A program made the translations under genes and the position numbers. The notes below the pieces were generated by a model, which was not told where the DNA came from, searched no databases, and was given only the letters and a program-made list of their open reading frames with translations. Positions 1 through 11,680 of a stretch of 64,000 bases of DNA are shown here, in pieces. This stretch comes from Octopus sinensis (Eukaryota), in contig NC_042998.1 of NCBI RefSeq assembly GCF_006345805.1, positions 155,558,001 to 155,622,000 of the forward strand. Direction: 5' to 3'. Positions within the stretch are counted from its first letter, which is position 1. The number at the start of each line of letters is the position of its first letter.

Positions 1-974
1 GTGGGTAAAAAGACTAATTAGAAGATATTAAAGTGTGGGTAAAAAATTAGAAGATATTAAAGTGTGGGTAAAAACGTTGTTTATTCTTAAGGCTAATTAG
101 AAGATAGAGTATCTGAAAAATTATTAACAATGTTAAACAAAATTAAACAATATTAAACGTTATTTAATCTTAAGGCTAATTAGAAGATAGAGTATCTGAA
201 AGAGGAGAGATGAGAGGGTAAGAAAGAGAGGAAAGATTATTTATCTATCTAAAGTTCGTGAAAGTTCACGTCCATGCATATATACGCATACATATATACA
301 TACACGCACACATATATACATACACGTACACACACACACACACATATACACAGACGGGGAGAGAAGGAAGGTGGAAGAAAAAGAAAATGAGTGAAAATAT
401 ATTAAAATATATATATTAAAGTGTGAAGAAAGGGTTATTTAATTCTGAAGCCAATTTCTGCCTTCGAGAACAGATATTGAGATGTAAACAAAACAAAAAT
501 GGCGATCGTAACTTTAACCGAGATGTGGGCTTAAGTTAAGGGGGATAAAATAGGATAATAAACAAAATATGAAATAGAAGATGAAAGTGATACTTAATCC
601 AACGATGTGGTCTGGATTTTTTGTGGTTTACGGGATTGTTTTCCAGGAGAGATGCTTCTTTTTCCTTCTTGCAGGAGATAACTTGATTCAGTGAGTTTTT
701 CCACCATGTGCGTTTTCGGCGAAAATGAAAATTACTGTATATATGTATATATATATATATATATTTTTTATATTTTTAACCAAAGTGTTGTAATGATCTC
801 TATGACTTAGAGTTTTACGTTTTGCTACTTCAGTAGGTTATTTCGCCGATCTATGCAAACTTTTTCACAGAGCAAAGGCAATCACGTCTCTCTCTGCTGA
901 AAACGGAACCGGATATATTTATTTTTTACTTTATTTATATATATATATTTACTTATTTGTTACTTTATTTATAT

Positions 975-1830
975 ATTGTACTATCCAAGTAGAATCTTTT
1001 GCATAACTTCTCTTTCATTACTTTCTCTTTCTCTGTCTCTTCACCTTCACCCACTTCAATTTCTCACTATATCCAAGTAGAATCTTTTGCATAACTTCAT
1101 CTCTTTAATTACTTTCTCTCTGTTTCTTCACCTTCGCCCACTTCGCTTTTATCAATTTCTCACTATATCCAAGTAGAATCTTTTGCATAACTTCTTCTCT
1201 TTCATTACTTTCTTTCTCTCTGTCTCTTCGCCTCTCCCTGTCACACCATCTTTCTCCTCTCAGCCTCTCACTCTTCCTAAATATATAGACGCGAACATTA
1301 GAAATATAGTCGTAATTAGTTTAGAAGAAAACTTTCGTAGTTACAGACATATATATTTATAATTAGTTTAGAAGAGAACTTTCATAGTTGCAGATAAATA
1401 TATATTTATTTGTTACTTTATTTATATATTCTACTATCCAAGTAGAATCTTTTTTGCATAACTTCATCTCTTTCTTTTCTTTCTCTCTCTCTTCACTTCT
1501 CTCTATTACACCATCTTTCTTCTCTCAGCCTCTCAATCTTCCTAAATATATAGACATGAACATTCTCCTCTCACTCTCTCTCATTTTCATCTTATCTTCT
1601 CTCAGCCGCTCAATCTTTTGCATAACTTCCTCTCTTTCACTCTCTCTCTCTTCACTTCTCTCCATCACGCCTCTTTCTCTGTCACACCATCTTTCCTCTC
1701 TCAGCCTCTCAATTTTCCTAAATATATAGACACGAACATTCTCCTCTCACTCTCTCTTACTCTCTTCTTATCTTCTCTCAGCTGCTCAATCTCTCTAAAT
1801 ACATAGACACTTTCTTTCTCTATTTCTTCT
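975..1830. repeat. CT-rich composite tandem duplications
   Basis: CTATCCAAGTAGAATCTTTTGCATAACTTC-like block recurs at ~981, ~1071, ~1167 and ~1434. CCTAAATATATAGAC-like block recurs at ~1277, ~1541, ~1717 and ~1795. The ORFs at 1388 and 1618 are Ser/Leu low-complexity artefacts. Confidence 0.85.
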
Positions 1831-1899
1831 TTACCCTCTATTACACTGTTGAATTTTAAATATAATTAGATAGATAAATAAAAAAAATATACAAAAAAA

Positions 1900-4800
1900 A
1901 TGTCCAGAACCTGGAGGAGCATGGAATTGGCCTTGTTTTTGAGAGCCCGGTACTGTGCTGATGGAAATAACCCAGACAACATAATTACAGCTGCGCTGAA
2001 GAGCAATGGTTACACAAGGATGTTAGCACAGATAGAGCGAAAGAGGGAGTTTATATGCTCCTATGCACTCATAAGATACCATATCAGCACTCTTGATGCC
2101 ATCTTTGACAACAAACAAAGAAAAGATGACAAGGATGGAGGCACGGATGCAGATGAAAGATGTCACCCCTACTTGGTAGGCACCCAGGACAACAAAGAAG
2201 ATTCAAGTGAGAAACCTGCCCGGGAAGTATACCCAAGTGCAAGTGTTCCTACCAGCATCAAAAGCCAAAACCACGGAGATGAAAGAGCCAAAAACGAAAT
2301 AAAAGAAGGAAAAACTGAAAGAAAAACAAGGGATGAAACAGCCAAGGAAGGAAAAACTAAAACTTAAACAAAATCAACAGATGAAACAACCAAGAAAAGA
2401 AGCAAACCTGACTATCCATATACCAAAAAGGATAGAAAGAGACAGCACACACGAATGTGTAAATTCTACCTGAAAGGTGTCTGCTGGCATGGAGAGGAAG
2501 GTGCAGGCTGCCGTTTTGCACACCAAAGACCCCGCCACATAGACATAAAACAGGGCGGAAACCACCTGCCAAAAGGAAAAGGAAAGGACTACTTAACACC
2601 TACCCCAAAACAGAGGAACGCAGATGTAGTGCGTGTTACAAACCATCAATATGTCATTGAAAGAGCAGCTGCTGAACAAGAATCTCTTTTGTGCATGGCA
2701 CAAAAGATTGTACAGCAGCAAACCTGGCTCCATCAAACTCAAACTCACAGATGGGACTATCCACAATACACAAGACCACCACAGCAAATAGACCCAAGGT
2801 GGACACCACTGACAACACACACATCACCTCGATGCTCCTACTGAACATCAGAGGACTGCTAGCACTCAGTAACAGGACAAAAATCCCTTTCTTGAGAGAC
2901 CTTGTTGCATGCAATCAAGCCTTATGCATAGCACTTACGGAAACACACCTGAAACCGGACATAGCAGATGCGGAAATACACATACTACAGTATGTTGTAT
3001 TACAGACCAACAGAAAAGAAAGGAGTCATGGTGGAGTTGCTATGTACATCTGCGAGGACCTCACACCCCAGGTCCTTTTGTCATACTCAAATTCAGTGTG
3101 TGACACACTAATTGTACATATAAGGCAACTCGGTGTAGTTATATGTGCCACATATCAACCTCCAGATGCTCCAAGTCATGTACGCAAGTTTGAAGACTAC
3201 CTTATAAAAATAGAAGTTCTAGTCACATTAGAAAAACACATAAGTGTACTTCTTATGGGAGACTTCAATCTACCCGATGTCAGATGGCCAGAGGGCCTTT
3301 CTCTCCCAGGAATGACACGATGCGAATGAGGACAGGCTAGGTCCCTCCTGAACCTCATCAAAACTCTGTACATGGAGCAAGTAATACTCCAACCAACCAG
3401 GGCAGGTAACATACTGGATCTCTGCTTCACAAATAATATGGATCTCATCCATAATGTGAAAGTGACACCGACACTACTCTCGGATCACAACATGGTAGAG
3501 CTGACCATGTACGGGCCAAAGGAAAGCATAGACATGCAGCCTACAAGAAACTCTCAGAATCTTTCCAGCTTGAACTTCCATAAGGCAAACTGGAAACAAA
3601 TTGAGAAAGAGATCCTCAAACAAAACTGGCCTGAATGTCTCTCCTCGCCAGATATCGACATGTTTGTAATGCAAGCCATATGCTACAAATGTGTCCCAGA
3701 GAGAAAGGCCACTGTACACAAGAACAAAATCCCTAGAGAGAGGAAAATTCTAATGAGACGGCGTACAAAAGTTTCAAATCACCTAAACAAACAAATTGAA
3801 AGCAGTAAAAAGTCCCGCCTGAAAATAAAACTGTTGGAAATTGAAAAATGTCTGCAACTCTCCCATGAAAAAGAAAGAGCAAAGAAACCTGGGCTATAGA
3901 CAACATAAAATCTAACCCCATAGCTTTCTACAAGTTTGCCAAAGAAACAGCTACGGTGCACTGTCGGATAGGGTCACTGTAGGATGGTACACTCACAGGA
4001 AATCCAATAAGGATAATTGACATGCTAAATGAGCAATTCAAGAGTATTTTCAATCCATCCCTTGGGCATTTCCAAATCACCAATCCAAATGACTTCTTTA
4101 CCACTGCAGATATAAAATCAGAGGCAACGATGATTGATTACATCGATATCGAGGAAGACGATGTAATAAAGACGATGAAAACAAACTCAGCTACTGGCCC
4201 AGATGGATTCCCAGCAATCTTTCTAAAAGTATGTAAGAGAGTCCTAGCAAGACCACTGCAGTTCCTCTTTCAGAGCTTCCTTGCAACTGGCAAACTTCCA
4301 AGAAAACTGAAGGAAGGTAAAATATGCCCTATTCATAAAGGAGGTAGCAGAGCGGAGGCCAAGAACTACAGACCTATCTCTCTCACCTCACACATCAGCA
4401 AGGTCATGGAACGAATAGTCAGAAGGAAACTAATCGCCTTCCTTGAAGAAAATAACTTGTTGCCTGACACCCAACATGGTTTCCGACCAGAAAGAAGCTG
4501 CTTACTTCAGCTCCTACAACACTATGACTGGGTGCTGAAACAACTGCTCAACCACTCAAATGGGGAAGTCATATATCTCGACTTTGCAAAAGCCTTTAAT
4601 AAAGTCGATCATGGAATGATATGTCACAAACTGCGTGATCTTAGCATAGTTGGAAAATTGGGAGAATGGCTTCATGACTTTCTGAAGGATAGAAGTCAGG
4701 TGGTAGTAGCCATTAACACGCAAATAGTGAGCGGTGTTCCGCAGGGCACTGTTTTGGGACCACTACTGTTCATAATGGCCCTCTCAGACATGCCCTCAGC

Positions 4801-5805
4801 CATGCAGAGAGCCACGATCACAAGTTATGCAGATGATACAAAAGTTTCACAGGTAATACAGAACCCTGAAGACACTATGCACCTGCAATGTGAGATGGAC
4901 AAAATATACAAGTGGGCTGAAAAGAATACCATGCAGTTCAATGCTGGTAAGTTTCAAGCTTTATGCTATCAGCATGCAAAATTAAATGCAATACCCAATA
5001 AATACACTGGACCTGGAGGGATTGCAATCCCAGAGGCACAATCAGTGCGAGACCTGAGTATTAACATGAGTAATGATGCAACCTTTCATGTGTATGTTGC
5101 TAAATTGGCAAAGAAATATAAGCGGCTGACCGGATGGATTCTTAGAGCCTTTAGAACAAGAGACCAGGAAACCATGATGGTCCTCTGGAGGACACTTGTC
5201 CTAAGCCACTTTGACTATTGCTCTCAGCTATGGTCACCATCCAGTGTCAAATTAATCACAGAACTTGAGGCGATCCAACGAAGCTACACGAAGAAGATAG
5301 CCTCTGTGCAGTATATAATCTATTAGGAAAGACTCAAGAGATTAAGACTCTATTCCTTAGAGCGTAGGCTAGAAAGATATGCCATAATATACATCTGGAA
5401 GATCCTAGAAGGACTTGTCCCAAACTTTGGCATCGAGAGTTACACAAATACTAGAACTGGGTGCCACTGCATAGTGCCAAGGACTCCAAATTTGCCATCA
5501 AGATGTAGGGCAAGATACTATGATAGCCTGGGCTTTAGAAGCCCACTGCTCTTCAATATCCTCCCGAAGAACCTGAGAGACCAGATGTCTTTAAAATAAA
5601 ACTGGATCTCTTCCTGTCAGGTGTCCCAGATGAACCAACTTCACGGCAGGAGGTGCAGATGAGGGCAGCTGCATCAAACTCTCACATGCACCAAATGGCA
5701 ATTGCTAAAAAGCATTTGTGAAGTAAAATCATGTAGCAGCACTGAATGGCGGTGCCCGAGCATGGCCACAGCTCGTGAGCTGAAACTGGATAAAATAAAA
5801 ATAAA
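1900..5805 (+). mobile_element. CR1/L2-group non-LTR retrotransposon (LINE), near full length, disrupted
   Basis: ORF1 pieces with a CCCH finger (2455). APE endonuclease motifs LLNIRGL, ALTETHL, MGDFNLP and SDHN. RT motifs QHGFRPERSC, YLDFAKAFNKV, GVPQGTVLGPLLF and SYADDTK. 3' end has a short stem-loop and an AT-rich tail. No RNase H seen. Confidence 0.9.
2830..5720 (+). pseudogene. LINE ORF2 (APE endonuclease + reverse transcriptase), broken by stops and frameshifts
   Basis: ORF-track pieces 2691-3329, 3372-3899 and 4022-5326 are consecutive parts of one EN-RT polyprotein; homology continues past the stop at 5326. Confidence 0.9.
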
Positions 5806-5869
5806 TATATATATACACATATGAATGTATATATATATGTACTTATATATATATAGATATATGAATATA

Positions 5870-5990
5870 CTTTACAATAAAGCCAAGAGAAAAAGATGTT
5901 TTATAAACACATTCTACCAGTATACGAAGTTTAAGTGTTTAGTTACATGTAAATTATTTTTAAAATCTGCCGGTCAAAGCGAAAAGATCC
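5870..5990 (-). mobile_element. Terminal fragment of the GGATCTTTTC-TIR (Merlin-like) MITE family
   Basis: CACATTCTACCAGTATACGAAGTTT...CTGCCGGTCAAAGCGAAAAGATCC is the reverse complement of the left end of the element at 42687. Confidence 0.8.
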
Positions 5991-5993
5991 AAA

Positions 5994-6288
5994 TCTTTAT
6001 ATATAAAAGTAAAGTTGTGTGTCTGTCTCCTACGATTTAGATTCCTAACTACTCCTACATTTTGCGGTGCAGTTTAACCAAAACCGGGTACCTTATAGTC
6101 GTGATTCATATCAAGCCCTTCTGGGTATTAGCGCGCGTCTACGATGAGTCAACGATTTAAAAAAAAATTTACCATCATTTTTTTTCCATTTTTAATGCAT
6201 TTTTTGCTATTTTTTGGATATAACTCTCTAAAAATGCTTTATAGTTATTTCCCTTACAAACCCGAGCAACGCCGGGCGATACTGCTAG
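5994..6288 (+). mobile_element. Non-autonomous Helitron (~295 bp)
   Basis: Starts TC (A|TCTTTATATATAAAAG) and ends CTAG|T. Subterminal GC hairpin CCCG-AGCAACGC-CGGG at 6261-6276. Inserted between A and T with no TSD. Confidence 0.85.
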
Positions 6289-6353
6289 TACCTTATAAAG
6301 AAGCATAGAGTCTAAACACTCAGGGTAAATAACTATTAATACATTAAAAGTTA

Positions 6354-9300
6354 TCATCATCATCATCATTTAAGCGTCCGCTTTCCAAGCTAGCATGGGT
6401 TGGACAGTTCAACTGGGGTCTGTGAAGCCAGAAGGCTGCATCAGGCCCAGTCTGATCTGGCAGTGTTTCTACAGCTGGATGCCCTTCCTAACACCAACCA
6501 CTCCGTGAGTGTAGTGGGTGCTTTTTACGTGCCACCCGCACAGGTGCCAGACGGAGCTGGCAAACGGACACGGATGGATGGTGCTTTTTACATGCCACCG
6601 GCACGGGGGACAGGCGTGGCTGGCAACGGCCACGAACGGATGGTGCTACGTGCCACTGGCACAAGGGCCAGGCGAGGCTGGCAATGGACACGAACGGATG
6701 GTGCTTTTACGTGCCACCGGCACGGAGGCCAGTTGGGGCGGCGCTGGCAACGTCCATGATCGGATGGTTCGCTTACTTGTCACCGGCACTGGTACCACAG
6801 CTGCAATTACCACTGATGTTGATCGACTTCGATTTTGGTTCTGCTTTCTGATATCGGATTTGATTTGGTTTGATTTTGATTTTGATTTTCACTTGCCTCA
6901 ACGGGTCTTCACAAGTGGAGTTTTGTGTCCCAAGGAAAGGTATGTAGGCCACAGGTTATGTTCTCACTAGTCTTGCCGGGTCTTCTCACGCACAGCATAT
7001 TTCCATAGGTCTCGGTCTCTAGTCATTTCCTTGGTGAGACCTAAAGTTCGAAGGTCGTGCTTCACCACCTCGTCCCAGATTTTCCTGGGTCTACCTCTTC
7101 CACAGGTTCCCTCAACTGCTAGGGTGTGGCACTTTTGCACACAACTATCTTCAGCCATTCTCGTCACATGACCATACCAGCACAAACGTCTCTCTTGTAC
7201 ACCACAACTGATGCTTCTTAGGTCCAACTTTTCTCTCAAGGTACTTACACTCTGTCGATTATGAACACTGACATTACACATCCATTGGAGCATACTGGCT
7301 TCATTTCTTGTGAGCTTACGCATATCCTCAGCAGTCACAGCCCATGTTTCACTACCATGTAGCATGGCTGTACATACACATGCGTCATAGTCTGCCTTTT
7401 ACTCTGAGAGAGAGGCCTTTTGTCACCAGCAGGGGTAAGAGCTCTCTAAACTTTGCCCAGGCTATTCTTACTCTAGAAGTTACACTTTCAGCACACCCAC
7501 CCCCACTACTGACTTGGTCACCTAGGTAGCGGAAGCTATCAACTACTTCTAGTTTTTCTCCCTGGAACGTGGTAGAAGTTGGTCTCTGCACATTTTCAGT
7601 GTTTATTGCTCCTGAGCATCTGTCACAGATAAAAACTATTTTCCTAGTTAGCCTTCCTTTGACATTGCTACACCTCTTATGTGTCCATAGCTTACACTTG
7701 GTGCACCTTATAGAGTTTCTACCTACGCCTTTTTTACAGATCGGGCAGGGCCATCTACCTGAAGGCGTTTGTGATTGGTCTACCTTCCTACTTATTAGGA
7801 CTTTGGTTTTGGCTAGGTTGATTCTAAGGCCCTTCGATTCTAAACCTTGCTTCCACACCTGAAACTTCTCCAGTTCTGATAGTGACTCAGCAATTAGAGC
7901 AAGGTCATCAGCATAGAGGAGCTTCCAGGGGCATCCTGTCTTGAATTCCTCCATTATTGCCTGGAGGACTATGATAAATAGAAGGGGACTGAACCTTGGT
8001 GGACCCCAACCTCTACCCGGAATTCTTCACTGTACTCGTTGCCAGCCCTCACCTTACTAGCAGCGTCTCTGTACATTGCTTGCACAGCTCTCACTAACCA
8101 TTCATCTATCCCTAGTTTCCTCATTGACCACCAGATAAGGGATCGGGGGACCCTGTCGAAGGCTTTCTCCATATCAACAAAAGCCAGGTACAGGGGCTTA
8201 TCTTTGGCTAGGTATTTGTCCTGCAGCTGTCTTACCAGGAATATAGCATCAGTAGTACTTTTCCCTGGCACAAACCCAAACTGCATCTCATCTAAGCTAA
8301 CTCACTCTCTAATTAGTTGGGCTATAACCCTCTCCGTAACCTTCATTACCTGATCCAGCAGCTTGATACCCCTGTAGTTATTTGTATCTAGAGCGTCACC
8401 TTTACCTTTGTAGCAGTTGACTATTATGCTGCTACACCAGTCATTGGGTATAACTCCTTCGTGTATCACCTGGTTAACTATACGGGTGACTAGGCTATAG
8501 CCAACACTACCAGATATTTTGAGCATCTCTGCAGTAATTCCTGATGGGCCAGGGGCTTTCCCTGTTTTCATGCTTGTAATTGCCTTAACTACTAAGGAAT
8601 TGTCAACTCGGATTGCTGGTCCCTCTGTTGGGTCGACATTCAGCAGACTCTCTTTATCCCATTCATTTTCTTTATTCAGCAACCTTTCATAGTGGCATCT
8701 CCAAACCACCCTCTTTGCATCCTCATTTAGCGCAAGTGAACCGTCATCCTTGCGAACACATTTCTCTCCTACCACGTCACGATTCTCTCTCACACACTGT
8801 CTTGCAACACGAAATACCTCATGTCTTTCATCCTCACGGCGCAGAACATTGGCAAATTTTTTCTTATCTGCTTCCCCTCTGGCTAAATACACTTGCCTCC
8901 TAGCTTCCCTTCTGGCAGTCTGATACACTTCCCTGCTACCACCGTTCTTCCAGTTCTTCCAAGCCTGTTTCTTTTGTCTAATAGCCCTGTCAACAATATT
9001 ATTCCACCACCACATTATTTTGGGTCTTGAGGGGACTTTGTACCAGCCACAGATCTGGTCAGTGGCTTTCAGCAGGTTGTCCCTTAGAAGCGTCCAGTTA
9101 TCTTCTACCCCATGTGTAGCTATACCCCCTTCTATTTCGTCAAAGGCTTCAAGTAACATGTCTCTAAATCTCTGTCCATTTGCAAGGTCTTTAAGCTTCC
9201 AGACCCTTCTTCTCCATGTTGGTCGTCTTCTAGTCATCCTCTTAGTCCTGATCCTAAAGTCACTAACTACCAGTCTATGTTGTGGGGTACATTCTTCACC

Positions 9301-10350
9301 TGGGAAGGTTTTGGCATTTATAAGCAGCCATCTTTCCCTTTTTCTGGCAAGGATGTAGTCGATTTGGCTAGTATGCCGGCCCGATTGGTAGGTGACCAAG
9401 TGACTTGTCAGTTTCCTGAAGTTAGTGTTGCAAACCATAAGACTATTCGCATCACAGAACTCCAGCAGCCTGGTTCCCTCCTCGTTGTGGGAACCATAAC
9501 CGTAGCCTCCATGTACGCCATGGAAGCCCCCAGCATATCGTCCAACATGCCCATTGAAGTCTCCAGCCACAAAGAGAAGGTCCCTGTCGTTCATCAATGA
9601 TGTGGTCTGCAGTAGGGTGTCATAGAAACGGTCTTTCTGTCCATCGGGTAGCCCTGGCTGAGGGGCATAGGCCAATACAATAGTTGCTAAACTATGATGG
9701 AGCACTAATCTAATCTTCAGTATTCTGTCACATACTCTGACTACCTCGATTACCTTATCTACCCATTTTTCGGCGATAAGTATACCCACACCCCTGACCC
9801 CATCAGTATTCCCAGCCCAGAAAATCTTGTACCTGTGTCCTTCGCCTGTGAGGAACCTAGCAGAACCTCCTCTCCACCTCACTTCTTGAATACAGCATAT
9901 ATCGACACACCTCCGTTCAAGCAATGCAACGATTTCGCCAGATCTGCCTTTCAGTGTGCCAACGTTGAGGGTGCCAACCCTGAGGGAGTGGGAGGTATTG
10001 GCCCTAGTAGCATCATGAACCTGAAAAGAAAACTCGCGTTTTGGCAGGCTTCATAGACAAACAATAAAACTCAAGTTCAAACCGCGTACGCTACACTAAC
10101 ATATCTTGCAATGAATGACCACTACCTTTTATGGAAGGAGGTGGGGGGGTGTAAGACTTTGAAGTGTACATGGAAGACAACAAGGATGAGAAAATTTAGG
10201 ACTTCCTGTAGCGGTGGGGGCGGCGTAAGACTTTGAAGTGTACATGGGAGACAACAAGGATGAGAAAATTTAGGACTTCCCGTAACGCTGGAGGGGGTGG
10301 GAGGGTGGGCGCACCCACGAAAACTAGCAGCCATGTGTGAGCGCCACTGG
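6354..10350 (-). mobile_element. RTE-clade LINE, near full length, relatively young (CpG-rich) but disrupted
   Basis: APE (TLNVGTL, CIQEVRW, AGDFNGH, TPQHRLV) and RT (QFGFVPGKSTTDAIF, VHQGS, LLYADDL), an embedded C4HC3 finger, C-terminal RGRPRKIW, a modular 3' UTR and a (GAT)n tail at 6354-6370. Confidence 0.93.
6967..10020 (-). pseudogene. RTE EN-RT ORF in four pieces (10020-8302, 8286-7969, 7954-7385, 7365-6967)
   Basis: Premature stops at 8302 and 7385 and a small-deletion frameshift near 7990. The frame is open upstream of the track ORF up to 10020 (VHDATRANTSHSLRVGTLNVGTLKGRS). Confidence 0.9.
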
Positions 10351-11059
10351 AAAGGAAAACTTATATCAGTAGGTATAAAATAAGGAGCTATAAAATTATA
10401 AATATATTTATTCTATATTTAACAAGACGTGAGGCTGATCGATAAAATTAGCGGGGCGATCTATAGGATTATATATATATTTAACACAGGACACGAGAGA
10501 GACAACAATATATTTGAGAAGAACTAATGAATTATACATAATATATAACACGAGGCGAGGCTGAAATAAACAGAGTAAAAGTCAAAAAGTCATAACATAA
10601 ATAGAAATAAAACAGGGGAAACTAAAGATCAATCAATTGCATAGAAATATTTCTGGTAGATACGGGCTGAATCAATGCAGATGCATATGTACACACACAT
10701 ACATGCATATACGTACCTACAATACATATACACATAAATATAGATGTATCTACATCATAACATATATATGCAAACAATTTTTTTTTTAAACTGTTCAGTG
10801 TGTAAAAGAATGTAAAAGAAGGAAATTGTACGTTAATTTGATGTAACCTAATTAAATACATGAGTAAAAATAAAAATAAACCTCGACAAAGCTTAAGCTT
10901 AAAATTAAATTCATAAAACAGTCGAAGGCCTTCTTAAAAATAAAGTCGCAATATACATTAGGGTTGTGATGCAAAATAACTATACCATGTAAAGTCAAAT
11001 TCAAATGTGACAGTCAAAAAATATAATTTTGAAAGTCAAAACATTTTACCCATATAGTA

Positions 11060-11680
11060 TTTTGTCAGTTGACATTTTAAATTTTGTGGCATGCATGCAG
11101 GAATTTAAGAGCTCATGTCTCTGGTTCAAAGTGTTTTTATCCTGGAACAAGATGAAGAACTTCTCTGAGAGGCAAAGATTACATTTCATAGGTCTGTATT
11201 CTGATGCTTTTTCGAGAATTTTCCAGGTTACATTGAAAGGACGGGTGTCATTCTATTTCAATTCCCAGACATGCTTTGCAAGACTAGTCACTGCCCTGTT
11301 CTCGGGGTATCGGAAAGAATTTCTATAGGAATAGAATAAAGTCTTGAATGAATTCTCTGAAGCCCCTGTATATGTCTTATATTCTTGCAAGTCATCTACT
11401 TGCACTTTGGCTCTATAAACAATACCTTTTTCAAGACATTTTCCTTCCTCAGATTAGATTCGGCACTGTAGTTGTCTATAATAATTTTTGTGTTATGCTG
11501 GCTAATAAAAGAAGCAAAGTTTTTGCAACAAGAATAGCTTTCTCCTATTAAATATTCTACAGAACTTATGGCTAGATTGAAAATGCTTAGAAGCTAATTT
11601 TAAAAATTCCATACTTATATTAGTTTTTACGGCCATATTAAATGCAGGGTTAAACCACAAAATTTTCCAAGTATACCATT
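11060..11680 (-). mobile_element. Penelope-like element remnant (GIY-YIG endonuclease end)
   Basis: Minus-strand translation gives WFNPAFNMAVKTNISMEFLKL..KHF, GKCLEKGIVYRAKV..KTYTGASENSFK, SLAKHVWELK, and WKILEKASEYRPMKCNLCLSEKFFIL..LNQRHELLNSCMH. Confidence 0.85.

Noticed and set aside
1388-1806. ORFs 1388-1729 and 1618-1806
   Set aside because: Ser/Leu/Phe low-complexity translations of CT-rich tandem duplications, with no domain or splice context.
6400-6970. Regularly recurring GTGCCACCGGCAC units resembling a CRISPR array; overlapping ORFs
   Set aside because: The context is eukaryotic, the intervening sequences are homologous to each other rather than unique spacers, and there are no cas genes. 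This is the RTE 3' UTR.
10290-10360. Possible HDV-like ribozyme at the RTE 5' end
   Set aside because: Only a simple GGCGC/GCGCC hairpin is visible; I could not build the nested double pseudoknot.
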